Positions 18,376 to 28,900 of a DNA stretch of 32,000 bases are shown here, piece after piece. The stretch is taken from positions 1,560,001 to 1,592,000 of the forward strand of contig NC_000964.3 of assembly GCF_000009045.1 (NCBI RefSeq), read 5' to 3'. Position 1 is the stretch's first letter, and each line of letters starts with the position of its first letter. The position numbers were made by a program, and so were the translations under genes. The notes under the pieces were generated by a model that had not been told where the DNA came from, did not search any database, and worked only from the letters and a program-made list of their open reading frames with translations. The stretch is from Bacillus subtilis subsp. subtilis str. 168. Its GTDB lineage: Bacteria > Bacillota > Bacilli > Bacillales > Bacillaceae.

Positions 18376-19995
18376 ATGCAGCTAACTGAACTTTCCATCA
18401 AAAATCAGAATGTGTTTGTACAGCACTATATAGATGGCAAAGAAGAAATGTCTTCTTTTTTTGATTACAGTATTCATCATAAGGACATGTGGCGCGAAAG
18501 ACTGGAAGACTTATCTTCCCGGTTTTTCGCAAGAGAGGAATTGGCGGCGTACTTAACCTCTTACCATAATAAATTCGGTTCAAGTGCGATGCAGTCTGCT
18601 ATTGAGAAGCTGAAGGACCCGTCAAGTGCCGCTGTAGTCGGCGGACAGCAGGCAGGACTTTTAACAGGACCGCTTTACACCATACATAAAATCATTTCAA
18701 TCATTGTTTTAGCAAAGCAACAAGAAAAGGAACTGCAAGTGCCTGTCATACCAATCTTCTGGGTGGCTGGAGAAGACCACGATTTGGATGAGATTAATTT
18801 TGTTCACACATCTGAAGAGAATGGGCCTGTGAAAAAAAAGCTGCCTCAGTCTTATTGGAAGAAATCATCAGCAGCGAGTACATCGCTTGATCAGGAAAAG
18901 TGTGCCGCGTGGATAGATGATGTTTTTGCCGCTTTTGAAGAAACAGACCATACGAATACACTTCTCGACAATGTGAAACGATGTTTAAGGGAATCTGTTA
19001 CGTTTACTGACTTCTTTGAACTGCTGATCGCGGATTTGTTCCAAGAAGAGGGCTTAGTTTTATTAAATTCTGGGGATCCGGGGATTAAAAAGCTGGAAAC
19101 GGCCATGTTCCAAAAGATTCTTCGAGAAAATGATGAACTCGCCCGGGCTGTATCAGATCAGCAGGCCTTCATGCGTCAAGCAGGCTACAAACCGATTATC
19201 GAGTCCGGAAAAGAGCAGGCGAATCTGTTTTATGAATACGAAGATGAGCGTTTTTTAATTGAAAAAGATAACGGCCGATTTGTCATCAAAGAGCTTGATC
19301 TAGGATGGACGAGGGATGAACTTCATACACATATGGAAGAACATCCAGAGCGTTTCAGCAACAATGTTGTAACGAGACCGTTAATGCAGGAATTTCTCAT
19401 TCCGACTTTAGCATTTATTGCAGGGCCTGGGGAAATCAATTATTGGGGCGAGCTCAAACAGGCATTTGCGGTGATGGGCTTCAAAATGCCTCCTGTCATG
19501 CCAAGGCTGAACATTACGATACTTGAGCGGCATATTGAGAAAAAACTGGCTGAACGGAATATCTCATTACAAGACGCGATTGAGCGCGGAACGGAGAATC
19601 AAAGAGAGACATACTTCGAGCGCCAGATTCCGGAAGAGTTTACGGCGGTGATGGATCAGGCGAAAAGCCAAATTGAAGCGATTCACAAAACGGTCCGGCA
19701 GGAGGCGTTAAAGGTTGATCAAAGCTTGGAACCTTTACTTCTGAAAAATGCCGCTTTTATTCAGGATCAGCTTCAATTCTTAGAGCGCACGGTGATGAAG
19801 CGAATTGAAGAAAAAGAAGGCTACGTCTTGAAGGATTATGAAAGAATTCAAAATAGCATTAAGCCGCTTCTTGCGCCGCAAGAACGGATTTGGAATATCA
19901 TGTATTATTTGAACAGGTACGGTCCAAAATTCTTCACGACATTCAAGAATCTGCCATTTTCTTTTCAAAATCAACATCAAGTTGTCAAACTTTGA
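18376..19995 (+). CDS. bshC: bacillithiol biosynthesis cysteine-adding enzyme BshC
   Basis: 539 aa. VVGGQQAGLLTGPLYTIHK motif. Located immediately upstream of mraZ, as yllA is in B. subtilis. Confidence 0.9.
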   Translation: MQLTELSIKNQNVFVQHYIDGKEEMSSFFDYSIHHKDMWRERLEDLSSRFFAREELAAYLTSYHNKFGSSAMQSAIEKLKDPSSAAVVGGQQAGLLTGPLYTIHKIISIIVLAKQQEKELQVPVIPIFWVAGEDHDLDEINFVHTSEENGPVKKKLPQSYWKKSSAASTSLDQEKCAAWIDDVFAAFEETDHTNTLLDNVKRCLRESVTFTDFFELLIADLFQEEGLVLLNSGDPGIKKLETAMFQKILRENDELARAVSDQQAFMRQAGYKPIIESGKEQANLFYEYEDERFLIEKDNGRFVIKELDLGWTRDELHTHMEEHPERFSNNVVTRPLMQEFLIPTLAFIAGPGEINYWGELKQAFAVMGFKMPPVMPRLNITILERHIEKKLAERNISLQDAIERGTENQRETYFERQIPEEFTAVMDQAKSQIEAIHKTVRQEALKVDQSLEPLLLKNAAFIQDQLQFLERTVMKRIEEKEGYVLKDYERIQNSIKPLLAPQERIWNIMYYLNRYGPKFFTTFKNLPFSFQNQHQVVKL

Positions 19996-20007
19996 AATAA
20001 AGTTTTA

Positions 20008-20038
20008 AAGAACCCTGACTAGTTCAGGGTTTTTTTTT
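20008..20038 (+). terminator. intrinsic terminator after bshC
   Basis: ACCCTGA / TCAGGGT stem, followed by a T8-9 run. Confidence 0.85.
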
Positions 20039-20064
20039 ATGGGTAAACAGTGTAAAATGAAGTT

Positions 20065-20090
20065 GTGGAGCGAAGTGGTGAATAGTGGTG
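20065..20090 (+). promoter_or_regulatory. three direct GTGG(A/T)G repeats with exact 10-bp phasing: candidate MraZ operator
   Basis: GTGGAG 20065, GTGGTG 20075, GTGGTG 20085. An out-of-phase GTGGGG lies at 20106. TAAAAT (-10-like) lies at 20053-20058. Confidence 0.65.
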
Positions 20091-20120
20091 AGTTAAGGAG
20101 AGAAAGTGGGGCAAGAGATC

Positions 20121-20552
20121 ATGTTTATGGGTGAATATCAGCATACCATCGATGCGAAAGGCCGCATGATCGTACCCGCTAAATTCAGAGAAGGCCTAGG
20201 TGAGCAATTTGTGCTGACTAGAGGACTTGACCAATGTCTCTTCGGCTACCCTATGCACGAATGGAAACAAATTGAAGAAAAACTAAAAGCTCTTCCTCTC
20301 ACAAAGAAAGATGCCCGCGCGTTTACCCGTTTCTTCTTTTCAGGGGCGACTGAATGCGAACTGGATAAGCAAGGCAGGGTAAATATCGCATCATCTCTAT
20401 TGAATTACGCCAAACTGGAAAAAGAATGTGTTGTTATCGGGGTTTCTAATCGAATTGAATTGTGGAGTAAAGTAATTTGGGAACAATACACAGAAGAGCA
20501 AGAAGATTCATTTGCTGAAATTGCTGAAAACATGATTGGGTTTGATATATAA
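20121..20552 (+). CDS. mraZ: transcriptional regulator MraZ
   Basis: Two MraZ/SpoVT-AbrB-like halves ([17 protein letters not shown]). ATG 20121 gives MFMGEY..., matching homologue N-termini (143 aa). GTG 20106 is an alternative start. Confidence 0.9.
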   Translation: MFMGEYQHTIDAKGRMIVPAKFREGLGEQFVLTRGLDQCLFGYPMHEWKQIEEKLKALPLTKKDARAFTRFFFSGATECELDKQGRVNIASSLLNYAKLEKECVVIGVSNRIELWSKVIWEQYTEEQEDSFAEIAENMIGFDI

Positions 20553-20621
20553 TGATTCTTCGTGTATAACACTCTAAAAACAATTTCAATTCATCCTGAT
20601 AAAAGGTGGGACCAACACAAT

Positions 20622-21557
20622 ATGTTTCAACACAAGACAGTACTTCTTCGTGAAACCGTAGACGGACTTAATATTAAACCAGACGGTACATATGTAGACT
20701 GCACACTCGGCGGAGCTGGGCATAGTACATACTTATTGCAGCAGTTATCCGAGAAGGGGCGTTTAATCGCTTTTGACCAAGATGATACGGCATTACAGCA
20801 TGCTAAAGAAGTGTTGTCCGATTATAAAGGACAGCTCATTCTGATTAAAAGCAATTTCAGGTATTTAAAAGAATATTTGAATGAACAAGGCGTTACAGAA
20901 GTAGACGGCATTTTATTTGATTTAGGGGTGTCCTCTCCGCAGCTGGATACACCGGAGCGCGGATTCAGTTACCATCATGACGCACCGTTGGACATGAGGA
21001 TGGACCAGTCGGCTACGCTTTCGGCGAAAGAAGTCGTTAATGAGTGGCGCTATGAGGATCTCGTCCGTATTTTCTTTAAATACGGAGAAGAGAAGTTCAG
21101 TAAACAGATCGCCAGAAAAATTGAGGAGGCAAGAATGAAGTCTCCTATTCAAACTACGGGCCAACTGGTCGATCTAATAAAAGACGCGATTCCCGCTCCA
21201 GCGAGAAGGAGCGGGGGACATCCCGCTAAACGCGTGTTTCAGGCAATCAGAATTGCCGTAAACGATGAACTTAGGGTGTTTGAAGAAGCTTTGGAGCAGG
21301 CAATTGAGGTTCTGAAGCCAGGGGGCAGGGTATCGGTCATTACCTTCCACTCGCTAGAAGACAGAATTTGCAAAACCACTTTTAAAGAAAAGTCGTCGCT
21401 TCCGGAACTTCCTCCGGGACTTCCTGTTATACCGGAAGAGTTTGAACCGGAGCTGAAGCTCATCACACGAAAACCGATTACGGCATCTCAAGAAGAGCTT
21501 GAAGAGAACAACCGGGCTCGTTCTGCCAAGCTTCGGATTGCTGAAAAAAGAAAATAA
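20622..21557 (+). CDS. rsmH: 16S rRNA (cytosine1402-N4)-methyltransferase RsmH (MraW)
   Basis: [10 protein letters not shown] and [11 protein letters not shown] motifs. ATG 20622 gives MFQHKTVLL... 311 aa. Confidence 0.93.
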   Translation: MFQHKTVLLRETVDGLNIKPDGTYVDCTLGGAGHSTYLLQQLSEKGRLIAFDQDDTALQHAKEVLSDYKGQLILIKSNFRYLKEYLNEQGVTEVDGILFDLGVSSPQLDTPERGFSYHHDAPLDMRMDQSATLSAKEVVNEWRYEDLVRIFFKYGEEKFSKQIARKIEEARMKSPIQTTGQLVDLIKDAIPAPARRSGGHPAKRVFQAIRIAVNDELRVFEEALEQAIEVLKPGGRVSVITFHSLEDRICKTTFKEKSSLPELPPGLPVIPEEFEPELKLITRKPITASQEELEENNRARSAKLRIAEKRK

Positions 21558-21596
21558 CGAAACGCGAACGCAAAATTAAAAGGAGGTCATCAGCCT

Positions 21597-21950
21597 ATGA
21601 GCAATTTAGCTTACCAACCAGAGAAACAGCAGCGGCATGCGATCAGTCCTGAGAAAAAAGTGATTGTCAAGAAAAGGGCTTCCATTACTCTCGGAGAAAA
21701 AGTGCTTCTTGTCCTCTTTGCTGCGGCGGTGCTCAGCGTATCGCTTTTGATCGTATCGAAGGCGTATGCGGCATATCAAACCAATATTGAGGTGCAAAAG
21801 CTTGAGGAGCAAATTTCATCCGAAAATAAGCAAATTGGTGACCTCGAAAAAAGCGTTGCTGATTTAAGCAAACCGCAGCGCATTATGGACATTGCGAAAA
21901 AGAACGGCTTGAATTTAAAAGATAAAAAAGTGAAAAACATACAGGAATGA
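21597..21950 (+). CDS. ftsL: cell division protein FtsL
   Basis: 117 aa bitopic protein: a single TM ([18 protein letters not shown]) followed by a coiled coil. SD AAAGGAGGT. Confidence 0.9.
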
Positions 21951-24097
21951 TTCAAATGCCAAAAAAGAATAAATTTATGAATAGAGGAGCAGCGATTCTA
22001 AGTATTTGTTTCGCTCTCTTTTTCTTTGTCATCCTGGGGAGAATGGCATATATTCAAATAACCGGAAAAGCGAACGGCGAAGTGCTTGCGACAAAAGCGA
22101 CAGAGCAGCATGAAAAGAAACGGACCATCGAAGCGAGCCGCGGCTCGATTTTAGACCGAAAAGGAAAAGTCATTGCAGAGGACACAGCGACGTATAAACT
22201 GATTGCGATTCTCGATAAAAAAATGACCACTGATGTCAAGCATCCTCAGCATGTTGTAAACAAAGAAAAAACGGCGGAAGCATTGTCTAAAGTGATAAAC
22301 TTGGACAAGGCCGACATCCTTGATATCTTAAATAAAGATGCAAAACAAGTCGAGTTTGGCTCAGCTGGCCGGGATATTACGTATTCACAAAAGCAAAAAA
22401 TCGAAAAAATGAAACTCCCGGGCATTTCATTTTTACGGGATACAAAACGCTACTATCCAAACGGAGTATTTGCATCTAATCTAATCGGCTATGCCGAGGT
22501 TGATGAAGAAACAAATGAAATTTCCGGCGCGATGGGATTAGAAAAAGTGCTGGATAAGTATTTGAAGGAGCGGGACGGATATGTGACATATGAAAGCGAC
22601 AAATCCGGCTGGGAGCTCCCGAACAGCAAAAATAAAATTACAGCGCCAAAAAATGGTGACAATGTATATTTAACCATTGACCAGAAAATTCAAACCTTTT
22701 TGGAAGACAGCATGACAAAAGTGGCGCAAAAGTATAATCCGAAAAAAATCATGGCCGCAGTCGTTGATCCGAAAACGGGCAAAGTCCTTGCCATGGGACA
22801 GCGCCCAAGCTTTGATCCGAACAAGCGCGATGTGACAAACTACTATAATGATTTGATTTCATATGCGTATGAACCCGGGTCCACGATGAAGATCTTTACA
22901 CTCGCTGCTGCGATGCAGGAAAACGTGTTTAATGCGAACGAAAAATATAAATCAGGGACATTTGAAGTTGGCGGAGCACCTGTTAAGGATCACAATAACG
23001 GTGTAGGCTGGGGTCCGACAACATATCATGACGGCGTCCTAAGGTCGTCGAATGTCGCTTTTGCGAAACTGGCGAAAGAAAAGCTGGGATATGACCGCCT
23101 CAATCAATATTTGCACAAATTCAATTTTTACCAGAAAACAGGTATTGATTTGCCAGGAGAAGTCTCCAGCAAAATCAACTTTAAATATGAATTTGATAAG
23201 GCGTCAACTGCATATGGCCAAGCGTCTGCGGTCACACCAATTCAGCAGATTCAGGCCGCAACGGCAATTGCAAATGACGGTAAAATGATGAAACCTTATG
23301 TCATTGACCATATCGTTGACCCTGATAAAGATAAAACTATTTATCAAAATAAGCCGGAATCAGCCGGAACTCCAATTTCTGCAAGTACTGCGAAAAAGGT
23401 GCGGGATATATTAGGAGAAGTCGTTACATCGAAGATCGGAACAGGGCAAGCTTATAAAATCGAAGGTTTTGATGTTGCCGGGAAAACAGGTACTGCGCAA
23501 ATAGCCGGTAAAGGCGGATATTTAGACGGCACAGATAACTATATCTTTTCGTTTATGGGTATGGCGCCAAAAGATGATCCTGAGCTTTTAATTTATGTTG
23601 CTGTACAGCAGCCGCAACTAAAAGCAGGACAAAGCAGTTCAGATCCAGTATCAGAAATCTTCAATCCAACAATGAAAAATAGCCTGCACTACCTAAACAT
23701 CGAACCAACTGAAAAATCTGACTCAGATAAGGAAGAAACAAAAGCGCAGACAATGCCTGATTTAACAGATCAAACGGTAGCTGCTGCTCAAAAGAAAGCA
23801 AAAGAGGAGAATCTCACACCAATTGTCATCGGCAGTGATGTCGCTGTAAAAGAACAGTATCCGAAAGCGGATGAGGAAGTTCTCACCAATCAAAAGGTCT
23901 TCCTGAAAACGGGCGGCAAAATCAAAATGCCTGATATGACAGGCTGGTCGAGAAGAGAGGTTCTGCAGTACGGCGAGCTCGCGGGAATTCATATTGAAGT
24001 AAGCGGACAAGGCTACGCTGTCAGCCAAAGTGTTAAGAAAGACAAAGAAATCAAAGACAAAACCGTAATCAAGGTTAAGTTTAAAAATCCTGATTAA
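21947..24097 (+). CDS. pbpB: class B penicillin-binding protein PBP2B (division transpeptidase) with two C-terminal PASTA domains
   Basis: SxxK (STMK), SxN (SSN) and KTG (KTGT) motifs. ATGA overlap with ftsL. 716 aa. The in-frame ATG 21956 has a somewhat better SD. Confidence 0.93.
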
Positions 24098-24132
24098 AAA
24101 GAAAGCCGTCGTTATGCAGGCTTTCTTTTTTT
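24096..24132 (+). terminator. intrinsic terminator after pbpB
   Basis: GAAAGCC / GGCTTTC stem, flanked by A5 and T7. Confidence 0.75.
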
Positions 24133-24173
24133 ATGCCTTCAGAGGAGCATCGTTCTACCTGTCCAAATTCAGG

Positions 24174-24181
24174 CATAAAAT
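24174..24181 (+). promoter_or_regulatory. candidate sigma-E type -10 element for spoVD
   Basis: CATAAAAT against the recalled consensus CATACAnT, 33 nt upstream of the start. No convincing -35 was found. Confidence 0.35.
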
Positions 24182-24213
24182 GAAACAAGCCTAAATAAGG
24201 AGTGAACGGTCTC

Positions 24214-26154
24214 TTGCGCGTCTCGAATGTAACGGTTAGAAAACGTTTATTATTTGTTTTGCTTTTTGGCGTGATCGTGTTTCTGATCATTGATACAAGG
24301 CTGGGGTATGTTCAGTTTGTGATGGGCGAAAAACTGACTTCGCTAGCGAAAGATTCCTGGAGCCGGAACTTGCCGTTTGAGCCGGAGAGAGGCGAGATTC
24401 TGGATCGGAATGGTGTGAAGCTCGCAACAAATAAAAGTGCGCCGACCGTATTCGTCGTGCCGCGCCAAGTTCAGAATCCGATGAAAACGAGCAAGCAGCT
24501 TGCGGCGGTGCTCAATATGTCAGAAGAAAAAGTATATAAACATGTGACAAAAAAAGCGTCAATCGAAAAGATCACTCCTGAAGGGAGAAAAATTTCAAAT
24601 GAGAAGGCGAAAGAAATCAAAGCGCTTGATTTAAAAGGTGTGTATGTTGCGGAGGACAGTATCCGTCATTACCCGTTCGGCAGCTTTTTATCTCATGTGC
24701 TTGGATTTGCAGGAATTGACAACCAAGGGCTCCTTGGACTTGAAGCCTATTACGACGATGATTTAAAAGGGGAAAAAGGTTCTGTTAAGTTTTATACAGA
24801 TGCCAAGGGGAAGAAGATGCCTGATGAAGCGGATGACTATACGCCGCCTAAGGATGGGCTTGATATGAAGCTGACAGTTGATTCAAAGGTTCAGACGATA
24901 ATGGAAAGAGAGCTTGATAACGCTGAGGCCAAATATCATCCGGACGGCATGATTGCCGTAGCCATGAATCCGAAAAACGGAGAAATTTTGGGGATGTCTA
25001 GCAGGCCTGACTTCGACCCTGCTGATTACCAATCTGTTGATCCGTCCGTCTACAATCGAAATCTGCCAGTATGGAGCACGTATGAACCGGGATCTACCTT
25101 TAAAATTATTACACTTGCAGCAGCCCTTGAAGAGCAAAAAGTAAATTTGAAACGGGATCAATTTTATGATAAAGGGCATGCTGAAGTGGACGGAGCGAGA
25201 CTGCGGTGCTGGAAAAGAGGCGGGCACGGGCTGCAGACGTATCTGGAAGTTGTGCAGAACTCCTGCAACCCGGGGTTTGTTGAATTAGGCGAGCGCTTAG
25301 GAAAGGAAAAGCTTTTCAAATATATCAAAGACTTTGGTTTTGGACAAAAAACGGGGATTGATCTCCAAGGCGAGGGAACAGGCATCTTATTCCCGCTTGA
25401 GAGAGTGGGCCCGGTGGAGCAAGCAACTACGGCTTTCGGACAGGGAGTATCCGTCACGCCGATTCAGCAGGTTGCAGCAGTATCCGCCGCTGTAAACGGA
25501 GGAACGCTCTATACACCTTATATTGCAAAGGAATGGATCGATCCTGTTACGAAGAAAACGGTCAAAAAACAATCACCAATCGCAAAGAAACAAGTCATTT
25601 CTGAGGAAACATCCAAACAAATCCGCTATGCTCTAGAAAGCGTCGTCGCAGAAGGAACCGGCCGCAATGCATTTGTAGAAGGATATCGTGTCGGAGGAAA
25701 AACGGGAACTGCACAAAAGGTTAAAGATGGAAAATATCTTGAAAACAACCATATTGTATCATTTATCGGTTTCGCGCCAGCAGATGATCCGAGTCTAGTC
25801 GTCTACGTTGCGGTGGATAACCCGAAAGGCACGATTCAGTTTGGCGGAACGGTGGCAGCGCCTATTGTCGGAAATATTATGAGAGACAGTCTGCCGGAAC
25901 TTGGTGTGAAGCCCCGGAAAAATCAAATCGAGAAAAAATACCAATGGAACGACACAAAAACAATAGAAGTTCCGAATGTTGTAGGGATGTCTGTCTCAGA
26001 TCTTGAGTCACTATTGGTGAATCTCAATGTGGATGCTTCCGGGAAAGGGAGCAAAATCGTTAAACAATCGCCAGCTGCCGGAACGAAAGTAAAAGAAGGC
26101 TCAAAGATACGCGTGTATTTGACTGAAGAAGATGAAAAGGAGGCAGCCGATTGA
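24214..26154 (+). CDS. spoVD: sporulation-specific class B PBP SpoVD (cortex synthesis) with one PASTA domain
   Basis: STFK, SCN and KTGT motifs. I prefer TTG 24214 downstream of AAGGAGTGA; the track's GTG lies inside the SD. 646 aa. Confidence 0.93.
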   Translation: MRVSNVTVRKRLLFVLLFGVIVFLIIDTRLGYVQFVMGEKLTSLAKDSWSRNLPFEPERGEILDRNGVKLATNKSAPTVFVVPRQVQNPMKTSKQLAAVLNMSEEKVYKHVTKKASIEKITPEGRKISNEKAKEIKALDLKGVYVAEDSIRHYPFGSFLSHVLGFAGIDNQGLLGLEAYYDDDLKGEKGSVKFYTDAKGKKMPDEADDYTPPKDGLDMKLTVDSKVQTIMERELDNAEAKYHPDGMIAVAMNPKNGEILGMSSRPDFDPADYQSVDPSVYNRNLPVWSTYEPGSTFKIITLAAALEEQKVNLKRDQFYDKGHAEVDGARLRCWKRGGHGLQTYLEVVQNSCNPGFVELGERLGKEKLFKYIKDFGFGQKTGIDLQGEGTGILFPLERVGPVEQATTAFGQGVSVTPIQQVAAVSAAVNGGTLYTPYIAKEWIDPVTKKTVKKQSPIAKKQVISEETSKQIRYALESVVAEGTGRNAFVEGYRVGGKTGTAQKVKDGKYLENNHIVSFIGFAPADDPSLVVYVAVDNPKGTIQFGGTVAAPIVGNIMRDSLPELGVKPRKNQIEKKYQWNDTKTIEVPNVVGMSVSDLESLLVNLNVDASGKGSKIVKQSPAAGTKVKEGSKIRVYLTEEDEKEAAD

Positions 26155-26177
26155 TTCGGGCTGCCTATTCTTTTATT
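26141..26177 (+). terminator. intrinsic terminator after spoVD
   Basis: AGGCAGCCGA / TCG(G)GCTGCCT 10-bp stem with the stop codon in the loop, followed by ATTCTTTTATT. Confidence 0.8.
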
Positions 26178-26329
26178 GCAGAAAAAATGCTGATATCTTT
26201 CAAGATTAGCTGGATGTATCCTTTTATTTACGCTAAAATATGAACTGTATGCTTAAAATCATTACCACATCATTTGATGTGACTTCAATGATAAAAAGAA
26301 CGAATTAGAATGTTGAGAGGTTTGATACG

Positions 26330-27814
26330 ATGAAACTTACAAAGCTGCTTACATACTTAACAACCGAACCTTCTGTAAACGACTCACAAGACCCTGAAAT
26401 AACTTCAATTGAGATGGACTCCAGGGAAGTAAAGAAAGGGAGTCTTTTTGTATGTGTAAAAGGGTATACGGTGGATGGCCACGATTTTGCGCAAAAAGCA
26501 GTAGAAAACGGTGCAGCGGCTATTGTGGCAGAAAGAGAGGTCGATGTGAATGTTCCTGTTATTATTGTCCGGCAGTCACTTCGCGCGCTCAGCGTTTTGT
26601 CTGATGCGTTTTACGGACAGCCGACGAAGAAGCTTCAGCTGATTGGGATAACAGGGACAAACGGCAAAACATCAACGACCCACATGGTCGATGAGATTCT
26701 GAAAAAAGCGGGAAAACGCACAGGCTTGATCGGTACAATGTACATGAAAATCGGAGACGAAACACTTCCTGTTAAAAACACGACTCCGGAAAGCGTCACG
26801 CTGCAGAAAACGTTTAAGAAAATGAATGACAAGCACGTTGACACTGCAATCATGGAGGTTTCTTCCCACGCTTTGTCTTTAGGACGCGTCCATGGCTGTG
26901 ATTATGATATTGCCGTGTTTACGAATTTAACACAGGACCATCTGGACTATCATAAAACGATGGATGAGTACCGGCATGCAAAAAGCTTGCTCTTTTCCCA
27001 ACTTGGCGGGGCTTTCAACCATGAACATCCAAAGCGTGCCGTCCTGAATGCTGACGATGAGGCGAGCGCTTATTTTGAAAAGGTAACAGCTGCGCATATC
27101 TCTACATACGGAATTAAAAACGATGCTGATGTGATGGCGAAGAACATCAGTATCACTGCACAGGGCACAAGCTTTGATCTCGTGACAAACAAAGGCACGA
27201 AGCACATCACGATGTCTCTCGTCGGACAATTTAATGTGTATAACGTGCTGGCCGCTGTTGCGACATGTATTGCAGCAGGCATACCGTTTGAAATCATCAC
27301 TGAGGCTGTTGAAGAATTGCATGGTGTAAGAGGCCGTTTTGAATTGGTCAATCAGCAGCAGGAGTTTCCTGTCATTGTAGACTACGCGCACACACCGGAC
27401 AGCCTTGAAAATGTGCTGGAGACATGCAGAGACATGACGGAAGGAAAGCTATTTGTCGTTGTCGGCTGCGGAGGAGACAGAGATAAGACGAAGCGCCCGA
27501 AAATGGCTAAAATTGCTGTGGAGCTGGCTGACGAGCCGATTTTCACGTCAGATAACCCGAGAAGCGAAGATCCTCGCGCGATTTTAAGAGATATGGAAGC
27601 CGGAGTAGAGAACGCATACTATCACAGTATTGCAAACCGCGAGCAGGCGATCTTTTTCGCAATTGCCAATGCCAAAAAAGGCGACGTTGTCCTCATTGCC
27701 GGAAAAGGACATGAAACCTATCAGCAGATCGGAAATGAAACTTTCGATTTTGATGATGCTGAAGTAGCGGCGAGAGCCATTGTTGAACTCAATAAGAATA
27801 AGACGAATTCATAG
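26330..27814 (+). CDS. murE: UDP-MurNAc-L-Ala-D-Glu:meso-diaminopimelate ligase
   Basis: [11 protein letters not shown]-loop. DNPR motif (meso-DAP specificity). 494 aa. Confidence 0.96.
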
Positions 27815-27925
27815 GAAAGAGATGTTACTGAATAATGGAGCTTGAAAAGATTTTTCATATGGAAAAAAATCATGAATATGATAACTACGTATGTCGTTTG
27901 AAAGAAACAGGAGGAGAAAAGGACA

Positions 27926-28900
27926 ATGCTTGAGCAAGTCATTCTGTTTACAATTTTAATGGGGTTTTTAATTAGTGTTCTGCTCTCTCCGATTCTTATT
28001 CCGTTTTTAAGAAGATTAAAATTCGGCCAGAGTATTAGAGAAGAAGGACCGAAATCACATCAGAAAAAATCAGGGACACCGACAATGGGCGGGGTCATGA
28101 TCATACTTTCTATCATAGTGACAACAATTGTTATGACACAGAAGTTTTCAGAAATAAGCCCCGAAATGGTGCTGCTTCTGTTTGTTACGCTAGGCTACGG
28201 TTTGCTTGGCTTTTTAGATGATTACATCAAGGTTGTCATGAAGCGCAATCTTGGATTGACATCAAAGCAAAAGCTGATCGGACAAATTATTATTGCGGTT
28301 GTATTTTACGCCGTGTATCATTACTACAATTTTGCGACGGATATTCGCATTCCTGGAACTGACTTATCATTTGATCTTGGCTGGGCTTACTTTATCCTTG
28401 TGCTCTTTATGCTAGTCGGCGGATCAAACGCAGTTAACCTGACTGACGGCCTTGACGGGTTATTATCCGGTACTGCGGCGATTGCCTTTGGCGCCTTTGC
28501 CATTCTGGCATGGAATCAGTCTCAATATGACGTAGCGATTTTCTCAGTTGCCGTTGTCGGTGCAGTTCTGGGCTTCCTTGTATTTAATGCTCATCCGGCC
28601 AAAGTTTTTATGGGAGATACGGGATCGCTTGCATTGGGAGGAGCCATCGTTACCATTGCCATTTTAACGAAATTAGAGATCCTGCTGGTTATCATCGGCG
28701 GTGTATTCGTTATCGAGACATTATCCGTTATTTTGCAGGTCATCAGCTTTAAAACGACAGGTAAACGAATCTTTAAAATGAGTCCGCTTCATCACCATTA
28801 TGAGCTTGTCGGCTGGTCTGAATGGAGAGTAGTCGTGACGTTTTGGGCTGCGGGACTTTTGCTTGCCGTTTTAGGAATTTACATCGAGGTGTGGTTATAA
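27926..28900 (+). CDS. mraY: phospho-N-acetylmuramoyl-pentapeptide transferase
   Basis: [23 protein letters not shown] and PLHHHYE motifs. 10 TM segments. 324 aa. Confidence 0.96.
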
